The notes beneath the pieces are model-generated. The model made no database searches. It saw nothing but the letters and a program-made list of their open reading frames with translations, and had not been told where the DNA came from. Source: Escherichia phage SSBS18_WS_10_728. Taken from it: 64,000 bases of DNA. This document shows positions 53,905 through 63,673 of this stretch, one piece after another. Numbering within the stretch: the first letter of the stretch is position 1; every line of letters starts with the position of its first letter. Made by a program: the position numbers and the translations under genes. The stretch is taken from the sequence record MT322327.1. One strand, 5' to 3'.

Positions 53905-54242
53905 GTCCAGTTAACGAGGATGCCATCGAAACCTTTTGCTAAAGGTACACCCTCGTGTTCATAAAACTCAGGATTAACTTCGAATCCACGATTTTCAATA
54001 TACTCTATCATGTATTTCATTACAAAGCTAATCTCTTCGTAGTCATCTGGGTCTCTGCCAAAGAACTGTTCTATGACAAACATACCTTCTTTTGTAGCAA
54101 ATTGGCAGTGATGATTGTAGACACCTTCACAAAACTTTTCAAACTTTTCTTTACCGAGAACTTCAAGGATGTCTGTATAGGCAACTTGTAAGTATTTCGG
54201 TTGTACAGGTTTCTTGTTAAACCATATGGAAAGGTTGTCCAT
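53898..54242 (-). CDS. hypothetical protein
   Basis: 114 aa ORF. Confidence 0.35.
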   Translation of the reverse strand: MDNLSIWFNKKPVQPKYLQVAYTDILEVLGKEKFEKFCEGVYNHHCQFATKEGMFVIEQFFGRDPDDYEEISFVMKYMIEYIENRGFEVNPEFYEHEGVPLAKGFDGILVNWTW

Positions 54243-54257
54243 AGCATTCTCCAGAAA

Positions 54258-54280
54258 TTAAAAAGGCTCCCGTAGGAGCC
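54258..54280 (-). terminator. intrinsic terminator
   Basis: Hairpin GGCTCCTACGGGAGCC followed by UUUUUAAUUUC on minus strand, after NAMPT-like gene. Confidence 0.65.
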
Positions 54281-54295
54281 TCTTATCATATACTT

Positions 54296-56095
54296 TTAAA
54301 GCTGCTTGTCAATATTATTTCGAATATCACCAAGAGTTGTGTAGCCGAACTGCTCAGAGTCGCTAAAGACCAAGCGTAAAGCACAAGCTGGGTGTTCAAG
54401 TGCATCTGCAAAGCTTTGGAACCCATAGCCATCTACAGCTTTCAGATTTTCACCATCCCACATAGGTGCTACACCACCAAAAGCAGACTTCTTAACACCG
54501 CTGTCTGTTTTAGGGTCTTTTGCAAGCATAATCTCTTTACCACCAATGCTTGCCAGAGTTGCTTTAACAGCAAATGCAAAGGTGTCACGAGTCATGTACT
54601 GGTAAGTGTAAGAACCTACACCAAACACTACGTTAGAGCTTGCAAAACCCATTTCATACAAACGTTTCAGGATTTCGTTTGCACGTTCCAACGTGATAGA
54701 GTCACCATAAATAAGCCCGATATGCTCATCCAGTACTTTAAAGCCTTTAGAGTTGATAGTTCCTCCAAAGATATTATACAGTGTCTTGATAGCTCCATCA
54801 ATCTCCGCTACAGGACGTGTGACAACGTTTGCAGAACCAACCATATAAGCGTTTTTCAACAGCACTGTATCAGCAACTTCAAAGTCTTCTCTGTCAACAA
54901 CCATTTCGTAGCCTTCTGACAGTAGCCACCCAGCAATACCATAGTTGATGTTTTCAAGCTTCATGTTCAGAACAGCATTCAACATTGTGTCGCTGGCTTC
55001 CAGCTTGCTTAGGTGTTCGTAATAAGCCTTTTTAGCACACTCTAAGTGGATTGCTTTATAGCCTGTGACAATATGTACAGGGTCTCCAGAGTCAGGACGA
55101 ATTACCAGTTTGCCATCACGTTCCATAATCTCTTTACGGAGTTCTGGGAGTATCACTGATACAGTTCTCCAGAAGTTATAAGTATCTGAAACAACACTTG
55201 CAATACCAGTTGGGTAAGTTTCTGTTAAGAAACGACGGAAGGTTTGTAACTCACCTTTAAAGCGTCTTTCTTCTTCAATCAACTCATTCCCACCTTCCCA
55301 AGCAATGTTTGCACACATGACAGAGTGCTCGGTGGCTGGTACAGAACTACCAATATCAGAGATTGGGTAGGACTGCCCATAGATGCGTTTAGCTGTATAC
55401 ACAGCAGGGAAGCTATCAGTCCCTTTAAAGCTGGTTAAGTGACCTACAGCGTTAAATGCGTCATCAGTAAAGCCGGACATACCACGCATAGCAAAATCAT
55501 GGCACTGATAAGGTAAATGTAAGTCATTGTCACAAGTAAGGTCAGACCACTTCTTACAGATACGTTTGTAGTGCAATGCAATAGTTGCAATGGTACAAGC
55601 CTTCCAAATCTCAGCAGAGAAAGCATCTTCCAGATACCCCGCTACCCAATGGAAACCTGAAACAGTGTTCTGGAAGACAACCATTGGTACACGCATAGGA
55701 ACAACTGTGCCTTCTTCTACAGCGTATACTTCAACTGGTAGATAACCTAAGTCGTGAAGTGCTTCCCAATGTTCTCGACCAATAGCATCTTTACCCAGAA
55801 CACCGTTCATGACTTCTAAGATTTCGTCAATTGCTTCTTTTTTGTCACGTTCAAAGAAGGTGGCGTTCCAGTGGTCTATCAAGTAATCTTTAACAAAACG
55901 TTGAATACCAAAAGCTACTACACCATCAATTGCTAAAGGGCTGTTAAACCATTTATCACTACGTGGTGTCAGGTTAAACATCAAGTACTCTGTCGCACTA
56001 GGATACTGATAAATATGGCCAGACTTGTAAGCATCCGCGTTTAAACCTGCTGGTACTGCATAAAGTGATTTAGTCATCTTTTTAATCTCTCTCAA
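54296..56095 (-). CDS. nicotinamide phosphoribosyltransferase-like protein (NAMPT/NadV family; possibly Namat)
   Basis: 599 aa; NAMPT-family character along full length; adjacent to Prs-like gene. Confidence 0.75.
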   Translation of the reverse strand: MREIKKMTKSLYAVPAGLNADAYKSGHIYQYPSATEYLMFNLTPRSDKWFNSPLAIDGVVAFGIQRFVKDYLIDHWNATFFERDKKEAIDEILEVMNGVLGKDAIGREHWEALHDLGYLPVEVYAVEEGTVVPMRVPMVVFQNTVSGFHWVAGYLEDAFSAEIWKACTIATIALHYKRICKKWSDLTCDNDLHLPYQCHDFAMRGMSGFTDDAFNAVGHLTSFKGTDSFPAVYTAKRIYGQSYPISDIGSSVPATEHSVMCANIAWEGGNELIEEERRFKGELQTFRRFLTETYPTGIASVVSDTYNFWRTVSVILPELRKEIMERDGKLVIRPDSGDPVHIVTGYKAIHLECAKKAYYEHLSKLEASDTMLNAVLNMKLENINYGIAGWLLSEGYEMVVDREDFEVADTVLLKNAYMVGSANVVTRPVAEIDGAIKTLYNIFGGTINSKGFKVLDEHIGLIYGDSITLERANEILKRLYEMGFASSNVVFGVGSYTYQYMTRDTFAFAVKATLASIGGKEIMLAKDPKTDSGVKKSAFGGVAPMWDGENLKAVDGYGFQSFADALEHPACALRLVFSDSEQFGYTTLGDIRNNIDKQL

Positions 56096-56123
56096 AATGG
56101 GGCTTGTAAGCCCCTATAAAGTT

Positions 56124-57026
56124 TCAATCAATGGTTACTACAGTAACTTGTGCATAATGTGTTAAGCCACGGTCTTTAGCTTCCCCTAAAGAGTTTGTAG
56201 TGTAGATATGGTCAATACCATTGTCAAGTAAGTTTTCAACCCCTTTAGAGAAAATGCCATGAGTTACATAGAGTTCCACACGTTTTGCACCTGCTTCACG
56301 AAGATGTTTAGCTGCCTCTATGAAGGTTCGACCACCATCACAAATATCATCCAGAATCATGACGGTTTTATCTGTCAAATCAACATCATCAAGGATTCGC
56401 ATACCAGTAATTTCACCAGTCTTAAGGTTGCGTACTTTAGACATTGTGATATATGGTTTATCCACCTCTTTAGCAGTCTCTTCAGTCTTCTTAGCTGCAC
56501 CTGCATCTGGGGCTACCAAGAAATCAATGCGTGGGTCACTTGCAAAGTGTGCTGCTACATCTTTTTGCTTCATGCTCTGAAAGCACTTAAATAAGTTTTC
56601 TGCAACATTACTGTGAGGGTCAAGAGCACATACTGCATCAAAACCCATTGCATTAACGAGGTTGGAAAAAGCTTTCAGTGCTGCTGAATCACCTTTGAAC
56701 ATATGGCGGTCATATCGAGCATTCGGTAAGAACCCGAAAACAACGGTTTTCATCGCTGATTTGTATGGAACAAGGCTGTCAACGGCATCCTTAGCCAAAG
56801 CTAATGCAAACAGTGTATCTTTATCATATCCCTGCACAGTCAATATAACATTGTCAATCTTACCAGCATTACGCTCAGTAAACTTAACAAAATCTTCAGA
56901 GAAGTTTCCACCAATTTCTCCAGATGGGAATTGGATGATATTAAATTTTTCTGTGTGGAAGAATTTCTCTTGTGCGGTGACAACGGCTTCAATAATAGTT
57001 TTCATAGCTCTCTCTCTCTTAATCAA
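56124..57026 (-). CDS. ribose-phosphate pyrophosphokinase-like protein (Prs family; possibly Adps)
   Basis: 300 aa; PRPP-binding loop VMILDDICDGGRTF. Confidence 0.75.
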   Translation of the reverse strand: MIKRERAMKTIIEAVVTAQEKFFHTEKFNIIQFPSGEIGGNFSEDFVKFTERNAGKIDNVILTVQGYDKDTLFALALAKDAVDSLVPYKSAMKTVVFGFLPNARYDRHMFKGDSAALKAFSNLVNAMGFDAVCALDPHSNVAENLFKCFQSMKQKDVAAHFASDPRIDFLVAPDAGAAKKTEETAKEVDKPYITMSKVRNLKTGEITGMRILDDVDLTDKTVMILDDICDGGRTFIEAAKHLREAGAKRVELYVTHGIFSKGVENLLDNGIDHIYTTNSLGEAKDRGLTHYAQVTVVTID

Positions 57027-57324
57027 AAGTTACGTTTGTTACTGCCATTGCAGATTTGCATTTTGCAGGGTCTACAACGTGATAAAGTACACTACAGTTG
57101 CCTGTGCTGTCTGGTACAGGTTTAACCCATTGTTGCTTGACAGTTGGTTCTCCTAAGTCTTTGTAAGAGCCATCTGTAAAATTGTTTACCATCTCAAGTG
57201 CAATTGGTTCTGGAACATGACCACGAATCATATACATCTCACAACCATTTCCAGCATCACTTATTAGGTCTTTTATTTCCCAATCTGCTTTAGCCATTGT
57301 AAGTTGCCCTATAAACTGTCTCAA
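57019..57324 (-). CDS. hypothetical protein
   Basis: 101 aa ORF. Confidence 0.35.
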   Translation of the reverse strand: MRQFIGQLTMAKADWEIKDLISDAGNGCEMYMIRGHVPEPIALEMVNNFTDGSYKDLGEPTVKQQWVKPVPDSTGNCSVLYHVVDPAKCKSAMAVTNVTFD

Positions 57325-57805
57325 ACTTCAACAGGAGAGATATTGCCAAATCTGTATAGTTGTTGTCAAGCACATCTGGCATATTATTTTTGATATATTT
57401 CTCTTGCTCTTCATAGGTCATCTTAGGAATGCTTAGGAGTCTATCTCCTTGCTTCTGGTTATCAGCTTTAGTTTGGATAAACCAGTTTGCACAGTGATGC
57501 TCGCCACCTTTTGTAACAGGCTTGTGGTGACCTAATGTGAAGGACTGGTTACCTGTGTACCTACAAAGCTTATTGAGCACTGCAATGGTGTTCTTAACAA
57601 CAAAACATTCATACAGGTTGTCTATGGTGTAATATGGATAATAGCGGAATAGTGCTCTTTCACGAGTACTATCACGATTCCAGAGAATCATGTGATTTGA
57701 GTTAGAAGGGTCGTATTGGTGGGAGTCAATGAACTCTTGACGTTCCTCAAAGCTTAGTCTTAGAACTGACATTGCAGCCGAACGTTTTAGATTTGACAGA
57801 TACAT
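57290..57805 (-). CDS. HNH endonuclease
   Basis: 171 aa; HNH motif LGHHKPVTKGGEHHCANWFIQTKADNQKQ. Confidence 0.6.
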   Translation of the reverse strand: MYLSNLKRSAAMSVLRLSFEERQEFIDSHQYDPSNSNHMILWNRDSTRERALFRYYPYYTIDNLYECFVVKNTIAVLNKLCRYTGNQSFTLGHHKPVTKGGEHHCANWFIQTKADNQKQGDRLLSIPKMTYEEQEKYIKNNMPDVLDNNYTDLAISLLLKFETVYRATYNG

Positions 57806-57856
57806 TTTATCTCCAAAATAAAAAGGGAACCTTTACAGTCCCCTTATAGTATCTGT

Positions 57857-58177
57857 TTACTGAGCTACTTTCAAGATGCTTGTGAACGAGATTTCACTCT
57901 CATCCATAAACTCTTTTGCTTCTCCAGTAACTTTTACAAAGTTATCTAGGCAGATAATCTTCTTATCTTTCTTGCTGTAGGTTAGTTTAACCTTTTCAAT
58001 ATCTTTCTTAGAGCTTTCCTCTTCATTGAAGAGTTTTACAGCTTCTTTGAATGGTAGATATGAGCCGTCATCATCACTAATGAACCCTGTACCACAATAG
58101 TAGTAGTTATGTTCTTTAGCCATAAACTGGCACAGTACGAAAATCTGTAATTTACGAGTGTTATAAACTTTGCTCAT
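57857..58177 (-). CDS. hypothetical protein
   Basis: 106 aa ORF. Confidence 0.35.
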   Translation of the reverse strand: MSKVYNTRKLQIFVLCQFMAKEHNYYYCGTGFISDDDGSYLPFKEAVKLFNEEESSKKDIEKVKLTYSKKDKKIICLDNFVKVTGEAKEFMDESEISFTSILKVAQ

Positions 58178-58179
58178 GA

Positions 58180-58464
58180 TTATTTAGCCTTCTTGTTACG
58201 TTTACGGTTACGAGCTTTCTTAGCTGCACGTTTAATTGCTGCTGCACCAGTTGGTCGATGTGCTTGTTTTTTACCACCTTTTCCACGTCCAACGTGGATG
58301 TAAGGCTGCTGTTCAATTTGGCTTGCAAGAACCTGTGCAACTGCTGAAGCATCTACACCAACTTGCTTTCCAGTCATAGAAACAATTGCTGCTGCTTTTG
58401 CCAGTGCCTTCAAGAAGCCAGCTTTCATATTACCTAAAATTCCCATTTTTAGTCTCTCTCTCAT
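58180..58464 (-). CDS. small highly basic protein (possible nucleic-acid binding)
   Basis: 94 aa; Lys/Arg-rich C-terminus GRGKGGKKQAHRP...KKARNRKRNKKAK. Confidence 0.35.
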   Translation of the reverse strand: MRERLKMGILGNMKAGFLKALAKAAAIVSMTGKQVGVDASAVAQVLASQIEQQPYIHVGRGKGGKKQAHRPTGAAAIKRAAKKARNRKRNKKAK

Positions 58465-58820
58465 TAAAGTTTAATACAGAACTTATGAAGTTCTTCTTCA
58501 GTGATACCTATCGGAGTGATACCTTCTCTGATATTTTGAATCCTGTAGAAGTCTCCAAACTTATCTGATTCATGAATGACAAACGTGACATTCTTTACAA
58601 TCGTTGCAAGAGCACATAATGAACGTGAACCAAATTTTTCTCTCGTATAAATCATCCAAGCATCTAACTTGTTGATGTCGTAAGTCCACTTACCAGAATA
58701 ATCATTCTGCTCGCCATTGACAATCACCTTGCCACCCATACTCTTTTCTCCAGAGGTTTTGGTTATCAGAACCACGATATGGTTTAACTGTGGGTTTAGA
58801 TGAATCATACTTACCATCAA
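58464..58820 (-). CDS. hypothetical protein
   Basis: 118 aa ORF; 5' end overlaps NrdG gene, true start probably internal. Confidence 0.3.
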   Translation of the reverse strand: MMVSMIHLNPQLNHIVVLITKTSGEKSMGGKVIVNGEQNDYSGKWTYDINKLDAWMIYTREKFGSRSLCALATIVKNVTFVIHESDKFGDFYRIQNIREGITPIGITEEELHKFCIKL

Positions 58821-59187
58821 TCACCACGTCAACATATTTCATCACATCTAGGTGGATTTTTTCGTGTAACTGAAAACCTGTCCAAAGCCATATAGACTTT
58901 TCTGGATAAACAGTTTTAATACGCTTGCATATGTTGGTGACCTCTTGAATGTTTCTATCATCCAGAGGCTCCCCACCAAGTATTGATAGCCCACTGATGG
59001 CCTTATCATCCATTAACTTAATGATGCCGTAGAGGTTTGCATAAGTAAACTCTTTACCAGCATTAAACTTCCAAGACTCCCTGTTAAAGCAGCCTTCACA
59101 GTGATGTTTACAGCCAGCTACGAAGAGACTTACACGAACCCCTTCACCATTAGCTGTGTCAAATGGTCGAATCTCCATGTAATTCAT
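58702..59187 (-). CDS. nrdG: anaerobic ribonucleotide reductase activating protein (radical SAM)
   Basis: 161 aa; CxxxCxxC cluster GCKHHCEGC near N-terminus; adjacent to NrdD. Confidence 0.7.
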   Translation of the reverse strand: MNYMEIRPFDTANGEGVRVSLFVAGCKHHCEGCFNRESWKFNAGKEFTYANLYGIIKLMDDKAISGLSILGGEPLDDRNIQEVTNICKRIKTVYPEKSIWLWTGFQLHEKIHLDVMKYVDVVIDGKYDSSKPTVKPYRGSDNQNLWRKEYGWQGDCQWRAE

Positions 59188-59218
59188 CTAGTTACCTCAC
59201 CAATACTATTTAATTGTT

Positions 59219-59614
59219 TTACTCATACACTACCTGACAAGGAACATATTTAGTAATAAACTCTTCACAGTGCTCTTTAATGAAGTCTTGTAAGAGCACA
59301 CAGTCTTGTGCACAAGTCATGAGTGCAATATACTCTGGGTTCATAATGTTTTCAATGGTGTAGAAGACAACATTGTCAGATAATTCATGACCGTCTTCTT
59401 CAGACCAAGTTCCAGTGACTACAGCTAGTTTATCAAGTAACTCATTAGTTAATGCTACACCGTCTTCTACGGAATCACTTAGAACGTTGTCACTGATATA
59501 CAATGTGAAGGTTGTATGGAATATTGAATATCTTACGTGACTCTTTTCGCAAGAGCCACACTCTGAGGCGTAATCTTTAATCCACTCTAACTGTTTTTTG
59601 TTCAACTTAATCAT
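59219..59614 (-). CDS. hypothetical Cys-containing protein
   Basis: 131 aa ORF. Confidence 0.35.
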   Translation of the reverse strand: MIKLNKKQLEWIKDYASECGSCEKSHVRYSIFHTTFTLYISDNVLSDSVEDGVALTNELLDKLAVVTGTWSEEDGHELSDNVVFYTIENIMNPEYIALMTCAQDCVLLQDFIKEHCEEFITKYVPCQVVYE

Positions 59615-59811
59615 AATTTCACCTTAGTTGGCAATGCACTGAATGCTATAGCTAACCCTAAAAATGGTTTGAAGCATGACCATAAATCCATCTGACCATG
59701 ATATGCGAAACTCCATTGTGGGTCTGAAAAACCCCATACCATAACACTAACCCCAAAGAAGAAGATTAGTATGTGGAGTATGTATATCAACGTTTTTGGT
59801 GTTTTAAACAT
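59611..59811 (-). CDS. hypothetical small membrane protein
   Basis: 66 aa; two hydrophobic helices. Confidence 0.35.
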   Translation of the reverse strand: MFKTPKTLIYILHILIFFFGVSVMVWGFSDPQWSFAYHGQMDLWSCFKPFLGLAIAFSALPTKVKL

Positions 59812-59965
59812 TTTAACTTATCTCTCAACTCACAATAGGAGAGTCCTAAAAAGAACCCTAGTAAGACAGAACCTATGAAAAACCCAATAATACTCTCTGC
59901 CATATCTAACATCCAATAAAAAAGGTGATGTAAGCCTATCAAGACTCACACCACCTTGTCAAGTT

Positions 59966-62110
59966 TTACATAGAGACTCTATCACGAATCTCAGCAATTT
60001 TTGCATCGTTCATTCGGGATTCACCTTTAATCTTAGTCCACCCAAGATACCCACACACCCTGTTAATCACAGAGATATCATGTGAATGGCAAACCTCACA
60101 TTCTTCAACATCAGCCTTTGGTCTGTTACCACAATGCTCACAGATTGCTAGGTCAAAGTTAAGTCCCTGATAAAAACCTTTCAGCATCCCTCTTGTAATA
60201 CAACTCTTAAGTGCTGTTAAGTTTTCTGGGTTAGCTACCCTGACATACTGGATTCTGCCACCTCTACAGATATGGAAGAATGGCTCTTCTAAGTCCTGCT
60301 TCTCAAATGGTGAGATGTCTGCTGCAACATTCATATGGAAACTATTTGTAAAGTATTCCTTGTCAGAAACACCTTTGATAACACCAAACATTTCTCTGAA
60401 CTGTTTTAGCTGAGTTCCACAAAGTGATTCTGCTGGAGTACCATAGACAGCGTATAAGAAGCCATCTTCATTTTTAAACTCTTCAGTTTTCATGTTGATG
60501 TATGCCAGAACATCGTATGCAAAACTATAGCTTCCAACTTCATGAAGTCGTTTACCTTCAGCGAGAACAGATAACTCATCAAGCGCAGTAACCCCAAAAG
60601 AAGCTGTGAAGGACTTCACGATATCCCAACCAACCTTATCAGTAGGCTTCTTAGTCCCTTTGTACAGACCACCTTGTGTGAACGCAAGAGGGTTAGAGCT
60701 TGCTGGCATGTTAGCAATCATTTCATAGCGTTTCTTGTGGAAGCTGCGAATCATCTCTAGGTACTTATCAAGCTCTTTCCAGAAATCTAAACCATTATCT
60801 TTAGAATACTGGTAAATCATTGGCAAGTTCAAAGATACAGCACCAATGTTAGCACGACCTACATAGAACTCTTCCCCATTCTCGTTAAGATATGGAGATA
60901 AGAAAGCTCTGCAACCCATCGGTGAAATCACCTTACCAGAACGCTTAAAAGCATCTGCTACAGCACCATGACCAGATACACTTAAGAAATCTGGATACAT
61001 CGCTTTAGAGCAACACTCAATAGCTTTTTCAAACAACCTTGCTTGGCATACATCAAGTTTATGTCTTGTCTCTTCATAGATATACACAAGTTTAGGAAAC
61101 ACAACAGGTTTTTTGCTTTTTCCTTGCCCGTTCATCCTTACATTAAGGATTGTATTGGCAATCATAAACTGAAGGCGGTTATCTTCATTGTGCATATCTG
61201 GTTCCAACAGGCCAAATGTCAGAGTAGTAAATGCAAAATCACCGCGACTGCAAGGAACAGTGTTAAGTTTCATTTCAAGAGATTGGAAACCTTGTGTTAA
61301 CTCATTCTGTAATTGCTCCATTACGTAATTATAGTGTTGCTCTTTAGGTATTCCGTACTCTTCAGCTTTCTCTGAGTGGTACACTAAAGATTTTTTAGCA
61401 TACGGTACAAGTACCTTGTCAATCTCTGCTAAAGTAAAGCCACCAAATTGCTGTGCAGTTGCTGAAAGAACTACATCACCAATAACCTGTAAGGCTGACA
61501 GCACAGACTTCGGTTCACAGTATTCAATTCCAGACATTTCAAAGCCACCTTTCAGTACTTTACCAATGTCGAACAGGCAACAGTTGATACCACCAAAAAT
61601 TAGGTCTCTCAAGTCATGGATGTAGATAAACCCTTTTTCAATGGCTTCAAGTTCCTCTGGTGTTAAATGGTACTGTTTAAAGATTTCTTTAGTCAGATAA
61701 CCACGAATAATTGAACCTTTTGTAGAAATTAAACTGCTGTCAAAGTTAGCATTTTCACGGTCACCTAAGAAGAGTGTATCTCTAGTCTTTTGGTAAAGCT
61801 CGTCCCAATTTTGAGCAACCTCTTTACGGTAATTTCTATATGTTGAGTAGGACTCATAAATCTCGTGATTAACTTCTGCCAAAGCACCCTCAACAATACT
61901 GTGAATATCATTTACCGAGATGAGCAAATTATTCTGCTTAGTGGACTTTACCAGAATCCTCATAAATGCTGACTCAAGAGCTTGGGTAACATCTGGTGGA
62001 AGTTCTTTATACCCAACCCTGTTAGCTGACTTAGTTACTGCTGCTAAAACTTTTTTGATATCAGGTTCTTCAAGTGAGCCATTCTTTTTAATAATCTGTA
62101 CTTTGTTCAT
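59966..62110 (-). CDS. nrdD: anaerobic ribonucleoside-triphosphate reductase (class III)
   Basis: 714 aa; N-terminal ATP-cone-like region, C-terminal zinc ribbon CEHCG...CEVCH and glycyl-radical motif RVCGYLG. Confidence 0.85.
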   Translation of the reverse strand: MNKVQIIKKNGSLEEPDIKKVLAAVTKSANRVGYKELPPDVTQALESAFMRILVKSTKQNNLLISVNDIHSIVEGALAEVNHEIYESYSTYRNYRKEVAQNWDELYQKTRDTLFLGDRENANFDSSLISTKGSIIRGYLTKEIFKQYHLTPEELEAIEKGFIYIHDLRDLIFGGINCCLFDIGKVLKGGFEMSGIEYCEPKSVLSALQVIGDVVLSATAQQFGGFTLAEIDKVLVPYAKKSLVYHSEKAEEYGIPKEQHYNYVMEQLQNELTQGFQSLEMKLNTVPCSRGDFAFTTLTFGLLEPDMHNEDNRLQFMIANTILNVRMNGQGKSKKPVVFPKLVYIYEETRHKLDVCQARLFEKAIECCSKAMYPDFLSVSGHGAVADAFKRSGKVISPMGCRAFLSPYLNENGEEFYVGRANIGAVSLNLPMIYQYSKDNGLDFWKELDKYLEMIRSFHKKRYEMIANMPASSNPLAFTQGGLYKGTKKPTDKVGWDIVKSFTASFGVTALDELSVLAEGKRLHEVGSYSFAYDVLAYINMKTEEFKNEDGFLYAVYGTPAESLCGTQLKQFREMFGVIKGVSDKEYFTNSFHMNVAADISPFEKQDLEEPFFHICRGGRIQYVRVANPENLTALKSCITRGMLKGFYQGLNFDLAICEHCGNRPKADVEECEVCHSHDISVINRVCGYLGWTKIKGESRMNDAKIAEIRDRVSM

Positions 62111-62158
62111 TATTGCCCCTTTACATGCTAAAAAGGTCTCCGAAGAGACCCTTTCATT

Positions 62159-62365
62159 TTAAATCTTTTTAGAAAACTTTGAAATGAGTTTTCTTAGTTT
62201 TTTAGTGATGCCTAGCTGTATCTCTAATATTTCAATGATAACCCATAGTAACATGGCTCCAAACAATGAACCTTGTTCAAAATCAGTAAATAGGTTAACA
62301 ACAAGCATACCAATCACAATGGCTGGTGCATCAACAACCAAGCCTTCCCAAAGGCGTTTAAGCAT
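62159..62365 (-). CDS. hypothetical small membrane protein
   Basis: 68 aa; hydrophobic segments. Confidence 0.35.
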   Translation of the reverse strand: MLKRLWEGLVVDAPAIVIGMLVVNLFTDFEQGSLFGAMLLWVIIEILEIQLGITKKLRKLISKFSKKI

Positions 62366-62600
62366 TATTCACCTCTGCCATAAAATTCTGTAGTGTTCCG
62401 ACAGGCTTTAGATTTTGACCATCCGTTTTCATGATGAATGGCATCTGGCGAACTGGCATCTGTGCAATATCTATCAGGTCTGACAGTTCATAATCCTGCC
62501 CTAACATTCTCACAACATGGTCAACACCACGAGCTTTTGCAAAATTCTTTGCAGTCTCACACTGAGGGCATCCAGTTTTGGAGTAAATTACATAAGTCAT
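62358..62600 (-). CDS. glutaredoxin-like protein (NrdH/Grx)
   Basis: 80 aa; CPQC active site in thioredoxin-fold context. Confidence 0.7.
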   Translation of the reverse strand: MTYVIYSKTGCPQCETAKNFAKARGVDHVVRMLGQDYELSDLIDIAQMPVRQMPFIMKTDGQNLKPVGTLQNFMAEVNNA

Positions 62601-63673
62601 TAAGGAACCTCTAAAAATCCACTATTCAAATCATCTACAACAGTATTCAATAAATACGCACCGTTCTGTTGCTCCTGATTAGCATTCTGCTCTTTATCAA
62701 TTTCCATCTTCTTAATCATATACTTCAAAGGTGGTTCTTTAGGAGCTACAAAATCTCTAGGAATGCCAAACATATCATACAGTGGGGCAGCATTATAGTA
62801 AACCCACTCATGAAGAAGCTTTGTATTTAACCCAACTACAGCACGTCCTTCGGAGAAGATATAATACGACCATTTTTCTTCGCTTTCAACTACTTCATCT
62901 AAGATTACTTTAATCTCTGGAAGAATTTGTTGGAAAGCTTTTTGCCACTCATCATCTCTTAAAGTTTCTTTTAAAACTTCAATATCAATTTTAGTGTGAA
63001 GGATTTCATCAAGCATAATTTTCTGGACAGCTTGAGCAATACCCTGAAATTTATCTTGAGCATCAAGTGCAAAAGTACATGCAAAGGATGCCATAAAGGA
63101 TATACCTTCCAGTGCAGTCACTGCAAATAGACCTTTTAGAATCACTTTATGGAAGTGCAAAGGGTCTTTGTCCAGAAGTGAGTCACGGACATAACTCAGC
63201 CGATAGTTGATACCTTCATCCAGCAATTCTTCAAGAACACGATTCACAGTTTTTAATCGGTCTTGTACAGCAATGTTCTGGTTAATCTCATCTAAGATTG
63301 TTTCAGGGTTTTTAATACACTGTCTTACAATCTCCGAGTAAGTAAGAGCATGTAGGTTTTCAATCTCAGACTGCTTCATAATTGCAGTTGCATAAATGTC
63401 ATCAGAGATGAATGGTGCAAAAGCAAACGCTAAACTCTTAGCAACTTGGGTGTCTGCTTCCCACTGCCACTTAAGAATCTCAAGCATTACACCTGACATT
63501 GATGCTGGTACGCTTTCAAAGTCAAGACGTGATTGTTCAAAAGGGAACTCATCTTCTGACCAATCTTGTGCTTTTTGTTGTTTGTACAGTTCAAAGATTT
63601 TTGGGTAGTGTTTATTAAGTGAGTCAAATGTCTTTCTCTCACCACCTAAAAAGATTGGGTGTTGGTTAATCAT
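62600..63673 (-). CDS. ribonucleotide reductase small subunit-like protein (ferritin-like diiron)
   Basis: ORF-track ORF 62600..63733 trimmed to ATG 63673 with AAGGAG RBS; ExxH motifs (ENLH, EILH). Confidence 0.6.
   Translation of the reverse strand: MINQHPIFLGGERKTFDSLNKHYPKIFELYKQQKAQDWSEDEFPFEQSRLDFESVPASMSGVMLEILKWQWEADTQVAKSLAFAFAPFISDDIYATAIMKQSEIENLHALTYSEIVRQCIKNPETILDEINQNIAVQDRLKTVNRVLEELLDEGINYRLSYVRDSLLDKDPLHFHKVILKGLFAVTALEGISFMASFACTFALDAQDKFQGIAQAVQKIMLDEILHTKIDIEVLKETLRDDEWQKAFQQILPEIKVILDEVVESEEKWSYYIFSEGRAVVGLNTKLLHEWVYYNAAPLYDMFGIPRDFVAPKEPPLKYMIKKMEIDKEQNANQEQQNGAYLLNTVVDDLNSGFLEVP

Noticed and set aside
59966-62110. Class I ribonucleotide reductase large subunit (NrdA)
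   Set aside because: The glycyl-radical motif RVCGYLG, C-terminal zinc ribbon and adjacent radical-SAM activase identify it as class III NrdD
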